NCBI GenBank assembly: GCA_044892525.1
Contig: CM097885.1
Span: 27,468,001-27,532,000, forward strand
Length of the DNA: 64,000 nt
Reading direction: 5' to 3'
From: Schmidtea polychroa
Taxonomy: Eukaryota
Shown here: piece by piece, positions 50,194-61,706 of the stretch
How the letters are laid out: each line of letters begins with the position of its first letter
Numbering within the stretch: position 1 is the stretch's first letter
Notes under the pieces: generated by a model
The model's database searches: none
What the model was told of the DNA's origin: nothing
What the model saw: the letters and a program-made list of their open reading frames with translations, nothing else
Program-made: the position numbers and the translations under genes

Positions 50194-51633
50194 ATGTCTC
50201 TAAATAAACCGTATTGGAGATGTGAAACTTGTAATTGTCAAGTTACAAAATATCACAAAGCAAATCATTTAAAAACTAAAAAACACATACTTGGATCAAA
50301 TACTAATTCTTGGTTAGAACCCAATCCTTCAAGTAGATTTGCTTTTGAGAATCAACTCTTTGAAGGAGGTGATCTACAATCTTCAAAAACAACATCTTCA
50401 ATATTAAAACCTTTTACTACAGAAAAATATCCAGGTGAAAGACATTTATTTAAACACAACTATACCGGACCAGGAACAAGATTAGATATTAGATTAGATG
50501 AAAATAATAATCCTAAACAAGGAGAAGAACCAATAAATAGAATTGATCAAGCAGCTTTAAAACATGATATTGCTTACAATTCAACAAATCTTAGAGATAG
50601 ACATGTTGCAGATGTGAATTTAATACATGATTTAAATAATATACAAAATCCATCAACTCAAGAAAAGATTCAAAAAGCTCTAGTTAAATTAGCAATGAAA
50701 GGTAAGATTTTCATAGGCTTAGGACTTCCCCCTAGGAAAGCAAAAGATGTTGCTAATAAAAAGATTATTGAACAAGCAGACGCTGAAAGATCCCTCGAGA
50801 ATATATCCAAGACTAGTTTACAAACCCCAACAGAATCACAAATAAAATATGCCAACGAATTACACCATGAATTTAGAAAAAATAAAAAATATTTAAAAGT
50901 TCAAGTACATGAAAAAGATCAAACATGGTCTGCAGATTTAGTCTTTATGCCAACCAAATCATCAGACCCTGAAAAATATAAAATAATTTTAACTGTAATA
51001 GATTTATATACAAGATTTGCTTTTGCAAGGTGTTTAGAAAATAAAACAGGATATTCTATTACAGAAGCATTTGAAAATATATTTGAACAACATCAAAGAA
51101 TTCCAAAATATTTATGGTGTGATAAAGGAACAGAATTTTATAACAAAGTTTTTACAAAGTTTTTAAATGAAAATGATATTAAATTATATTCAACAGAAAA
51201 CGAAGGAAAAGCAGTCGTAGTTGAAAGATTAAATAGAACATTAAAAAATAAAATGTGGAAATATTTTACTGCTATTGGAAAACAAAAATGGAACAATGAA
51301 TTGTTACAAAAGATTGTAAATGAATATAATAATGATGTACATAGTTCTATAAAATCAACACCTTTAAATGCTTCCTTGAATCCTTTGGAACTCATAAATC
51401 CTGTTGAAAATGATGTTATTGAAAAACCAAAGTTTAAAATTGGTGACCGAGTAAGAATATTTAAATATAAAAATAAATTTGAAAAAGGATTCACAGCAAA
51501 ATGGACAAATGAAATTTTTATTATAAATAAAATACATTATACAACTCCAATAACATATAGCATCATTGATTTAAATAATGAAAAAATATTAGGTAGATTT
51601 TATAATAATGAACTACAGAAAACAGATTTCTAA
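50194..51633 (+). CDS. Zinc finger + parvovirus-type phospholipase A2 + retroviral-type integrase fusion
   Basis: CETC..H..H; NYTGPG...IDQAALKHDIAY; WSADL, WCDKGTEF, VVERLNRTLK (DDE); FKIGDRVRI C-terminal domain; one open frame of 479 aa. Confidence 0.9.
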   Translation: MSLNKPYWRCETCNCQVTKYHKANHLKTKKHILGSNTNSWLEPNPSSRFAFENQLFEGGDLQSSKTTSSILKPFTTEKYPGERHLFKHNYTGPGTRLDIRLDENNNPKQGEEPINRIDQAALKHDIAYNSTNLRDRHVADVNLIHDLNNIQNPSTQEKIQKALVKLAMKGKIFIGLGLPPRKAKDVANKKIIEQADAERSLENISKTSLQTPTESQIKYANELHHEFRKNKKYLKVQVHEKDQTWSADLVFMPTKSSDPEKYKIILTVIDLYTRFAFARCLENKTGYSITEAFENIFEQHQRIPKYLWCDKGTEFYNKVFTKFLNENDIKLYSTENEGKAVVVERLNRTLKNKMWKYFTAIGKQKWNNELLQKIVNEYNNDVHSSIKSTPLNASLNPLELINPVENDVIEKPKFKIGDRVRIFKYKNKFEKGFTAKWTNEIFIINKIHYTTPITYSIIDLNNEKILGRFYNNELQKTDF

Positions 51634-52418
51634 AACAAACTTTTCCATATTTCAGCTTCTTCTCTATCCAAATAAATATAATTATATTTTTCTTTCCAAT
51701 GATTATCAACAAACATATCAAACATATTCTTATCAGGTTCAACATTTGAAAATAAATCATTATAAATCATATTCTTATCACGGCGATCTAATTTAAAAAA
51801 TATAAAACAATTAGAATTATTTCTTATTGAATTTTTATCTAAAGCATAATAAGTTTGAGATATATAAATAACATTACAATTATTATGTCTTCCTCTTGTA
51901 AAGTAACTCTTTTGAATCTCTTGATTTTTCATATTAACAACATCATCAAATATAACTAGAATCTTTTTATCTTTAGGAAGTAAATCACAATGTTAAACAT
52001 CTTCAGGTTTATTAGAGAATAAAACTTGAATCCCCTGCCCCTCTTCACAAATATAATCATTTTTATTACTAATATCTGATTCTAAAATCTTTTCCTTATA
52101 CCAATCAACCATATCACAAGGTTGAAAAACTTCTTCAGGACATCTATGTTGATTTTTAAAAATATCAATTATTGCTTTTTTAGTTAATTTATTTGCAAAT
52201 CCACATTTCAAAAGTTGTAATTCTGGTTGATTTATAGTTGTAGAGTAAAAGATTAAATTATTATAATCTAAAAAACCATCTTCAAGCAACATTTTCAAAA
52301 CAAGTACATTCTTTCCACATCCAGAAGAACCAACAATTAATAATCTAAAATTATCAGGAAATACTTTATTATTAAATTTAGATTTATGTCTATTTAAAAT
52401 TGGTTTCCAAATATCCAT
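51630..52418 (-). pseudogene. A32/FtsK-like DNA packaging ATPase with one in-frame stop
   Basis: Walker A GSSGCGK; TAA at 51993-51995; read-through gives Walker B LVIFDD, then RGRHNNCNVIYISQ. Confidence 0.9.
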
Positions 52419-52433
52419 TTTATTTATTTAAAA

Positions 52434-53027
52434 ATGACAACTGAAGAATCTTTGCAAGAATTAATAAATTCAAATAAAAATAAATCAGTAGTAATTGATG
52501 GTAAAAAATATTTTATTGGAAAACATGTAAAAGAACAAGTTAGAGCGAAGATTAAAGAAGGTGGCATTCTTCCATTAGCTGCTTTAATACCTGCAATCAT
52601 TGCCGGACTATCAGGTGCTGCTGAAATAGCTGGAGGAATCGCAACTACAGTTCAAAAAGCTAAAGAATTTCAAAAGACAGACCTAGAAAAAGAAAAATTA
52701 CAAACTGAAATCGATTCAATAAAAAAGAAGGGACTGTCCGAAGGTCAAAATTCCGTTGGAAAAGGTCTCTATCTTAATCCATATCAGAAAGTGTCCGAAG
52801 GTCAAAAGTCTCAGGGGAGTTCCTTCGTTGGAAAGGGTCTCTATCTTGATCCTTATAAAGGCCGCGGTTTAAATGATTTTTTAAAAAATCAAATTTCATC
52901 ATCTGAATCTTTATCTTCAAAAGATAAAGATGATTTAAAAAAAATGTGTAAATCTTTAAAGAATGGATGCCTTTGTAAAACTAAAAATGGTAAAGGATTA
53001 TATTTAAAATCTTGGAAGGAACCATGA
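52434..53027 (+). CDS. Putative virion core/membrane-active precursor protein
   Basis: EGG followed by hydrophobic ILPLAALIPAIIAGL; repeated GKGLYL motifs; 197 aa. Confidence 0.6.
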   Translation: MTTEESLQELINSNKNKSVVIDGKKYFIGKHVKEQVRAKIKEGGILPLAALIPAIIAGLSGAAEIAGGIATTVQKAKEFQKTDLEKEKLQTEIDSIKKKGLSEGQNSVGKGLYLNPYQKVSEGQKSQGSSFVGKGLYLDPYKGRGLNDFLKNQISSSESLSSKDKDDLKKMCKSLKNGCLCKTKNGKGLYLKSWKEP

Positions 53028-53049
53028 TACCATTTTTGATACCATTAAA

Positions 53050-53916
53050 ATGGTATATGAAGAAAGATTAGCACTTTTAAAAAAATTACAATCAGAACAA
53101 AACAAGTATAATAAAAAAGATACAACTCAACATGCTGAATCTATAATATTAAATGAGGTAATCCAAAAACAACAACGACCAACAATTAAAGCTATAAAAG
53201 GATTAAATGAGCAAGCAAAATTTAAAGAGTTGGAAGATAAAAAACAAAAAATAAAAGAATTGGAGTGGGAGAAAGAATCCACTGAAAATCATCCTGAAAG
53301 TCATTCTGAAAGAAATCAAAGAAAACGTAGAAGAACCTCTAATGTGGAAGAAGAAGAAATGTTTTTAAAAACAAAACCTCTTAAAGTTAATCCTAAAATT
53401 AGAGAAGGTTTAAGTGATTCAATTAAACCCACATTTCATATTAATTCTGAAGGATATTCAATAATAACAATTAATAAACAAAACTTTACTTTATATACAA
53501 CTCCAGAAAATAAATCACATATTCATTCACAAAATGTTTATAATAATGAATATTTAGACTTTGAATTTACAGATGATTTTTATAGATTACTTTGTGGATA
53601 TCCTTCAGATGATGTTGAAGAAATTAAAAAATATTTAAATTTTATAAGATCAATAAAAGCTAGTTCAAAAGCAAAACACATTCAAGATTTAAAGAAATAT
53701 TTAGATAGAAATGAAAAGGGTTATGTTGTTAAAGAAGGTGATGGTATAAGGGTTAAATCAAACCCAATCAACCTTTTTATTGAATTAAGAAAACTATTAG
53801 CAGCTAAAAAAGCAGGTCATAATAATTTAGATTCTGATATTTTAAAGATTTCTAAAGATTTGTTAAAACAAGGAATAATTTCAAAAGATAAATTTAATAA
53901 ATATACGAAGTTATAA
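53050..53916 (+). CDS. Polinton protein of unknown function
   Basis: Intact 288 aa; NLS-like RKRRR; C-terminal LLAAKKAGHNN helical motif; tightly packed with neighbours. Confidence 0.7.
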   Translation: MVYEERLALLKKLQSEQNKYNKKDTTQHAESIILNEVIQKQQRPTIKAIKGLNEQAKFKELEDKKQKIKELEWEKESTENHPESHSERNQRKRRRTSNVEEEEMFLKTKPLKVNPKIREGLSDSIKPTFHINSEGYSIITINKQNFTLYTTPENKSHIHSQNVYNNEYLDFEFTDDFYRLLCGYPSDDVEEIKKYLNFIRSIKASSKAKHIQDLKKYLDRNEKGYVVKEGDGIRVKSNPINLFIELRKLLAAKKAGHNNLDSDILKISKDLLKQGIISKDKFNKYTKL

Positions 53917-53938
53917 ATACAAAGTTATAAAATATAAA

Positions 53939-54403
53939 ATGACTAATCCTTCAATATTAGATTTTTTAAAAACATTTGGAATAAATGCAAAAACAAATTT
54001 TGATTTAAAAGATTATGCAAATTATTTAAATTTAAAAATAAAAATATTAATGAATGATGAATTATCAAGTCTGAAAGATATTCTGAAAGAAGACACTCAA
54101 AAGAAACGAAGTCCCCTGAATATTATTATAAATTATCAAAATTCAAATGAGAAAGGATCTCATTGGGTTTGTATATATAATAAATCTATATACTTTGATT
54201 CTTTTGGGATTAAACCTACTAAAGAAGTTGAAGACTATCTCTCGAGGGGTTCCACTTTTAATTCTTTACAAGTTCAACCTAATAATACTAAAATATGTGG
54301 TATTATAAGTTTATATGTTTTGTATAGAATGAATAAATCCAAAGGAGAAGGTTTCACTTCCTTAATCCAAGAAATTTATAATGATTTAAAATCTCTATTA
54401 TGA
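53939..54403 (+). CDS. Adenain/Ulp1-like cysteine maturation protease
   Basis: GSHWVC, YFDSFG and QVQ....CG catalytic motifs. Confidence 0.9.
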   Translation: MTNPSILDFLKTFGINAKTNFDLKDYANYLNLKIKILMNDELSSLKDILKEDTQKKRSPLNIIINYQNSNEKGSHWVCIYNKSIYFDSFGIKPTKEVEDYLSRGSTFNSLQVQPNNTKICGIISLYVLYRMNKSKGEGFTSLIQEIYNDLKSLL

Positions 54404-55170
54404 AAATGGAGCTTCGCAACCTTCTGGAAGATAATTTTAAAAAAATGGTAAACATAATGTCAGATAAATATTCAAAAACTTTATCTATAAATTCAAAAGA
54501 ATCAGACTTTACTATAAACTTTCAAGATTCAATAAAATTAGATCAAGATTTAAATTATGAATTAGGTCTATTATGGTTTTGTGTTTATAATACTATTTTT
54601 AATATAACTAAAGATAATAACATATTTTATTATATAAGCCCAAAATCTACAGATAAGATTATAATAACAATCGAACCTGGGGCTTATGAGATAAAAGATT
54701 TAAATAATATACTTTCTAAAAGAACAAATGGAGCCATTAAAATTAAAATGGATTTACCAACTTCAAAATGTATAATGACTTTAGAGAATATAGGAATTCA
54801 TTTTCAAAATAATAGTTTCTTTAGAACAATTTTAGGATTTACACGAAACCATTATATCACACCTATAGTTGAGAATATAACATCAGAAAATATTATAAAA
54901 ATAATAAATACAAACACAATAAATATTCATTGTGATTGTATAACAGGTTCTTATAATAATAGTAAACAAACAAATGTTTTATATTCCTTTCCCTCAAACA
55001 CAGTTCCTATGGGATATAAAATAGTTGAAAGAATGAATCCTCCAAATTATTTGCTTTTATGTAGAAAATATATAATGGATATTAATTTTAAAATTCTTAA
55101 CCAAGAAGGAGAATTGATTGATTTTAATGGAGAAGAGATTTCAATGTATTTACATCTGAAACAGGTTTGA
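54400..55170 (+). CDS. Minor capsid protein (penton-like, Polinton PX)
   Basis: 256 aa; PGAYEI, ILGF, INIHCDCITGSY, IDFNGE motifs; follows the protease. Confidence 0.8.
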   Translation: MKMELRNLLEDNFKKMVNIMSDKYSKTLSINSKESDFTINFQDSIKLDQDLNYELGLLWFCVYNTIFNITKDNNIFYYISPKSTDKIIITIEPGAYEIKDLNNILSKRTNGAIKIKMDLPTSKCIMTLENIGIHFQNNSFFRTILGFTRNHYITPIVENITSENIIKIINTNTINIHCDCITGSYNNSKQTNVLYSFPSNTVPMGYKIVERMNPPNYLLLCRKYIMDINFKILNQEGELIDFNGEEISMYLHLKQV

Positions 55171-55652
55171 AGATTCATTTTAAATTATTAATAAATGAGT
55201 TCTTATATTCCTTGTAATAGAGGTGGTGGAACAATAAAAACAGGGTTTAATACAGAAGAAATATTAACTTTAACAGAAAATAAATATATTAATGAAAGAG
55301 GTGATTCAATGAAAGGAGATTTAAATTTAAATGGACACAAGATAAAAGATTTATCTTTACCAACTGATGAAGGTGATGCTGCTAATAAAAAATATGTAGA
55401 TGGTGTTAAAAATTATACTGATTTAACAACAACAAGAATTGAAAGTTCATTAACAACAAAAATTGATACCTTGATAGAATCCAAAGTTAATTCTTTGATG
55501 GAATCCAAGCTTAATAATATCGAACAACGATTTAATGATAAATTTGACAAGTTACAAAGTCTGTTAACTGAACAAGTTGTAAAGTTAAATACTAGTATAT
55601 TAAACTCTAAAGATAAACAAATTATGAATACTAAATTTAATACAATATATAA

Positions 55653-58306
55653 CAGGGCTGGCAAAAGCGTCGACCGCGGTCGACTAGTCGACCGCGTAGC
55701 TATCGAAAGTAGCCCGCTAGCACTATGGAAAATTGCATATAAAAATCAGTTTTTTATTTATTGAATTTCTAACTTTATAAACATATTTAAAATAAGTTTC
55801 GATTCATATGACAAAAAAATTCCAATAAGAAACATAATATTAGTCAGATAACACTCAGAGTGTAGTAAATTTTTAGTTTGAAATTCAAATATATACAGTT
55901 AGCTAATAATCAGAATAAATTTCATGTGTTTGAACAAGTAGGTCATAAAATAAAAGCAAAACATTGACGCTACAATCTTCGATAAGGAATAAAAAAATAA
56001 AAAACAACCAAAATAAAATACAACAAACGTGTGTTTGTCTATTTCAATTTTGAAATCAAATTGTTTTCGTTAGAAAAATTTGAAAGCTTGAAGTATTCAG
56101 TATTGAATAATACCTGCTTATAATATTAATTTCAAAATTTTTTTATTAAAAAAAATTCTTTATAAAAGTTAACATTTTTAATTTTTGAGTATGTAAGTGT
56201 GTTTAACATTAATTTTCATATTTAATTTATTTTAGCTTTTATTATTTTCTTGTTTTAGCCCCAATGACACAACGGGCCAAAAAAACTAAAACGTACCATT
56301 ATAATACTGAATGGGAACAGGAATTTTTTTTCATAATGATGAAAGATAAGTGTGTTTGTCTCATTTGTAATTCAAACGTAGCACTACCTAAAAGAGCTAA
56401 CGTTGAACGACATTTTCGAACAGTGCACAAACAGTATGAAATTGACTTTCCATTACATTACGAGGTACGAAAAGACAAAGTCAAGCAGTTAAAGTCTCAA
56501 TTAGGTGCACAACAAACTTTTTTTACGAAATTTAACTCAAAATCAAAAACAGCTACCCTAGCATCATTCAAGGTAGTTAATATTTTGATGAAACATAAAA
56601 AACCTTTTGGAGATGGCGAAATATGGAAACAGGCGTTTGTTGAAGCTGGTGAGGTGTTATTCAAAGATTTTAAAAATAAATCCGAAATAATGGATTGTAT
56701 CAACAATATGTCATTGACGCGCAATACTAGCACGCAAAGAATGGTGGACATTAGCAAAAACTTGGAAGATATTTTGCGGCAAGATATTCGAAAATGCCGC
56801 TTTTTCTCTTTGCAATTTGATGAATCTACAGATTTCACTGATACTGCGCAACTATGCATCTTCATTCGAATGGTTTTTGATGATATGTCAACCAGAGAAG
56901 AATTATTGACTATTCTTCCAATGAAAGGACAAACAAGGGGTCAAGATATTTACAATTTATTCAAGTCTTTTATAAGTCGCACCCATTTCCCGATTCACAA
57001 GTTGGTATCAATTACCACGGATGGAGCTCCGTCTATGATCGGAAAACATGTCGGATTTGTAACACTTTGCAAAAAAGATGAAGAAATTCCCAGTTTTCAT
57101 TCGTATCATTGCATTATCCACCAGCAAACCTTATGCTCCAAAGTGTTGAACTCTAACTATGTAATGAATATTGCGTTTAAAATAGTAAATTCGATACGTG
57201 CAAGAAGTCTACAACGACGTCAATTTCGAACTTTGCTTGAACAATGTCAAATTGAAAATACTGAATTATTGTTACACACGGATGTAAGATGGCTTAGCCG
57301 TGCAGCATTTTTAAAACGATTTAGAGATCTTTTGCCCGGAATAAAACAGTTTTTGACTGGAAGAGAAGAATTATATCCCGAACTGGAGGATAAAAGTTGG
57401 CTGATAAATCTTGCTTTTCTTTGCTACATTACAGAGCACCTGAATAAATTAAATTTACAGCTTCAGGGGAGACACAAATCAATTCTTGACATGATAACGG
57501 CAGTAAAGACGTTTAAAGAGAAACTGTCCTTGTTTGTGCCTCAACTAGAACGGGGTGATTTGAAACATTTAAAAAACATGGAAGAAGAATCCAAAAATGC
57601 GCCAGGAATTCTTTAGGATAAATATACAAATCAAATTACTACCCTTTTAAATGAATTTAACACACGTTTCGCAGATTTATCTAAAATTGCAAATATTTCT
57701 ATGTTCATGTCATTCCCGTTTAATGATGTTATTGATACAGAGGAGATCGCTACTCAGATTAATGAATTTCTGGATTCAGATTCAGCTTGCTTAGAAGATG
57801 AGATAATAGCGTTGAAAAGCGACATTTACTTAAAATCAAGAGCTACAACCGAAGATAATTTTTGGAATCTTATTTCAGAAGAAAAATATCCAATTTTGCG
57901 GAGAGTAATTGGATATATGTCCGCATTTTTTGGATCCACCTATCTTTGTGAATCAGCCTTTTCTTCAATGAATGTCATTAAAACAAAACATCGATCTTGT
58001 TTGACAGATGATCATTTGGAATCATGCTTGCGGATCGCCATAAGCTCCTATTGCCCGAAATACGAAGAACTTGCTGATAAGATGCAGTGCCACGTATCAG
58101 GTGCAAGTAGTAGCAGTAAATAATATTATATTAAGATATGTTTACGTTCTAGTAAAGTATTATAAGTTTTTTTCTAATTCGTTTTGTATTTAAATAGAAT
58201 AAATAGAATAACTACAGGTAACAATTGAAAATAGTTTTTCTGGTAGACCGCCAGATTTAATTTAGTTAAAAGTCGCCCGCAAGACTTGAAAGTTTTGCCA
58301 CCCCTG
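55653..58306 (+). mobile_element. Full-length hAT (Buster/Charlie, GTF2IRD2-like) transposon
   Basis: TIRs cagggctggcaaaa/ttttgccacccctg; perfect 8-bp TSD atatataa (55645-55652, 58307-58314). Confidence 0.95.
56264..58123 (+). pseudogene. hAT transposase with a single in-frame stop
   Basis: CLIC..RHF zinc finger, DESTD, TTDGAPSM, HCIIH, VRWLS, STYLCESAFS; TAG at 57614-57616; both ORFs share one frame. Confidence 0.93.
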
Positions 58307-58902
58307 ATATATAATATAATAAATGAGATGATTACATCATTTAATAAAAGACTTTCAAATTTAGAGTCTCATACAACACACATTAATACCACACATAGTA
58401 TTAGAAAAGGAGCTGCTGAATTAGAACAGAATAAAACATTATTACCCCATACATATAAACATTTTATAGAACCAACTTTAATAACAACAAATAGTAAAGA
58501 ATGGAGTGTTTTTATGGTTGTAAAGATTATTGATCCTTATTTCTTTTTATTTGATGATGATAATGAAAGAATGAAATGGTTTGTGAAATGTGATTATAAT
58601 AGTAAGCTTGAAAAGGGTGATGTTATAATTACTGCTTATGATTTACCACACGGAGATTGGTATGTTAATACTCATTCACATGGACTACATAAAGTTAAAA
58701 GTAAGAATATTATTTTTAAAAGCATACTTGTACAATATATAGATTTAATATTTTATGAAAAAAAGGTTGATGTTGATGAAGTTCGTAAAGCATTGATGGA
58801 ATTGTATAAAGATATTCTCTCAACAAGAGTTTCTTTTGATATCCGAGTATTGGTGCCAGATGGTGCTCAGAAGAATAAAGTCTTATTTTTTTAATTATTA
58901 AA

Positions 58903-59481
58903 ATGGAAGAAGTAAGAGAAGAAAAAATTTACCCAGAATTGTCATCAAGATATTATTCTTCCAAGGCTCCCTCAGCTCCCACAGAACTTGAAATTATGAG
59001 AGTAAAAGAATTTAAGTCAGAAACCTTACATTTACAAGATTTATTAAAGCATTATAAAAAAATTTAAAATAGATGGAATAAAGGGAATACAGTTTTAAAA
59101 GTTATAGGTTATTCTTTAGGATTTGCATCTGCAATATTAACAGTTATTTTACCTATAACTTTACCAGTTTTAACAATTGCACCTGTACTACTTGGAAGTA
59201 TTTCAGTAGCTGATGGTTTCCTAACTGAAATAGTTTCACTATCTTATACTTCTAAAAAGAAAAGTTTATATCGTGAAGTTTGTTTATCAATAGAATTAGG
59301 AATCTCTAAATTATTTTTATTTCAATTAAAAGCTTTGGAAGATGGAATCTTAACTGATGATGAAATAATGAAATCAAATCAAATAATACAAGATATTAAA
59401 AATAATATTAATAGATTGAAAAGTGCTAATGTTATAACTAATAAAAAAATTAAACGAGAGAAATGGTTAAAGAATTCTTAA
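58903..59481 (+). pseudogene. Polinton membrane protein with YPEL and PSAP motifs (absent from the ORF track; one in-frame stop)
   Basis: Manual translation MEEVREEKIYPELSSRYYSSKAPSAPTE...; TAA at 59065-59067; hydrophobic stretch VIGYSLGFASAILTVILPITLPVLTIAPVLLGSI; ALEDGILTDDE; stop at 59479-59481. Confidence 0.75.
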
Positions 59482-59592
59482 AATTATAAATATATAAAAT
59501 GGATGCATTTTTAAAAAAAGTAGATCAGGTTGCTATAGTTGCTTAAATTAATTGTCGACATTTTATTATTAAAAAATTAAATATCGTTGTTT

Positions 59593-60752
59593 TCAGTTAT
59601 GGTTGAAAGCCAACCTATGAATCATTAATTTATAATCTTTAAATTCTTTATCACTTAGACCTTTTATATATTCAGAATCAGTATTAAAATATTTAAGTTC
59701 TAAACATATAGGATTAAAAACTTGAGAATATAAAGGCTTCTCGATTTCTCTCTCGGGATAAATAATTTCAACATTATAAATATCAAGATCGGTAATATTT
59801 GTATCATATAACTTATTCAACTTTTCTAGATTTTTTATTATCGGTATTAAATTATTTCCAATAGGTAGAGTTGTCTTTAAATCACTTAGGATGAATCTTT
59901 TATCATCATAATTTGATAATGATACTTTTTGAGATTCTATCAAGTGAATATCATGGTTTTCACTTTTAAGTTGATGTATTTCATCAATTTTATCTTTATG
60001 ATTTGGATTCAATGTATCTATATAATCTTGATGAGAAAGATTCTTTGCAACTGATTTCTGTATTCCTTTACATCTGTTATCCTTTACAGGTTTTTCTTCT
60101 TGTCCCTCTGGTCCTTTATATATAGGATATCTATGTGTAATGGTTTCTTCTGTTTCTGGAGTTTTAAATATAAATGATCTAGTTATAAATTCAGGATTTC
60201 TAAATGTTTCGTATGAATATTGTTTAGCACGAATAAATATTCCATTTTCTATAGGAGTAAAAGGTTTTTCATCTTTAAACGAAAATAATTCTCCAGATGA
60301 ATTTATTAAATTTGAAAGTATAGGATTTTCGGCTATATCTCTTTGTAAATCATGAGTTCTTATTGTTAAAAACATTGAATCTGTATCCATTGCATGCATT
60401 GATATATTAGAACCATATATAGGTTGTAAGATGTTATAATATGTTTCATACATTTGTAATTTTGAAAGTTCTAAAATTGAAAACCCTATAAATATTGGTT
60501 TGTTGTATGTTTTCTCAAAATTCTTTAGTTCTATTGCAGTAAGATTTTCAGAAAATACTTGTGCGTTTTTAAATGTAGGCTTTCCTAGCATACGATTATA
60601 GCGCTTAATATCTTTGGTAGTATTAGTTAAAAGTTCAATATGAGTATATTTATCAACATTCTCCATTGTTTTCCCAAAGACTGAATTGTTTAAAAGTTTA
60701 TAATTATTATCTTTAAAAAGGTTACCTTCTCTTTTTGCAATGTTTCGGCACC
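59593..60752 (-). pseudogene. polB: C-terminal part of protein-primed PolB, 5'-truncated
   Basis: YKLLNNSVFGKTMEN (read upstream of the listed ORF), PIFIGFSILELSK, MDTDS, RAKQYS, KGI, YDDKR. Confidence 0.9.
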
Positions 60753-60756
60753 TAAT

Positions 60757-61342
60757 ATTTTTCGAGCCACTACATTCCTAATTTATCTGATTACGGTTTT
60801 TGTATGAAAATACAACCAATAATCATTCCTCATTTTTGATATTTTTAATTCGCTCATTTACTATTCTCATTCTTTTGAGTCCACAGGTTTTTCGAATGCG
60901 TTGTTTCTCACTTAACTATATCATTGTAACTAATTGCGTTTATCAATTTTATTATACTTGTTTATTTATCCTCAATGTGTTGTGTACTTTACTTTGTACT
61001 GTTTTATGTATAATCATATATTTTGATTCGATTTGGTGCAGTTTCCTTGCTATATATTTACAACGCATTTTCGGCTCTAGCCCAACAAAATGGTTAGATT
61101 GTTGTTATATTGACGTGGGATTTTGGATTTCCTTTGAATTGGGTTTTCATTTTCTGTCTTTTGAGTCAATGTTGATAGGACATTTATTTGATCACGTACT
61201 GTAATGCTTAATTTGGGCGTATGTCTCGATGGCCCTGTTCTTGTATTTCAACACTACAACTATACCAAGTTTCAGTCCAATAGTTGCATAACAGAAATCC
61301 TAATGATGTAGCACAACATAAAATGAAAAAGTTATATGCCAA
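60757..61342. repeat. Right copy of ~590-bp direct repeat
   Basis: Near-identical to 47089-47678; continues tgccaa|ctacga with no element terminus. Confidence 0.92.
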
Positions 61343-61706
61343 CTACGACAGGTTATTGTTTTTTGTGAAATCCTTTTAAAAAGATATTTTCATTATTTCG
61401 AGAAAAATGTACGAACATTTCAATAGAGGAGTAACAAGACTTTGAAAATAATTTTTTAATTTTTACATTTATATATAATTTTAAAAAAATATTAATTTTT
61501 GTGTATTTTTTATAAAACAAACTTTTTAGTATATTATTCTTAAATAATTCTTATCACAATTTATAATAATCGTTATACTTTGATTGTTATACTAATTCAA
61601 TGTTTACTCACTTCATTATTCAAATTATTTTTTAATTAATTTTAATAACTTCAAAAGCGAATTTGATTAATTATAAATACATTATTATTAAAGTTGCAAT
61701 TGCAAA

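Larger units (their letters stand above)
55195..58894 (+). pseudogene. Fiber/tail-like structural gene split by a hAT insertion (55195-55652 + 58315-58894)
   Basis: GDSMKGDLNLNGHKI...DAANKKYVD motif, coiled coil and C-terminal globular part; removing the hAT plus one TSD gives a continuous 345-aa frame (NTIYN|IINEM). Confidence 0.75.
47679..60756. mobile_element. Polinton/Maverick (adintovirus-like) endogenous element, right end truncated
   Basis: Starts with AGTAGT; compact intronless genes for major capsid, integrase, ATPase, cysteine protease, minor capsid and PolB; breaks off inside polB. Confidence 0.93.
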
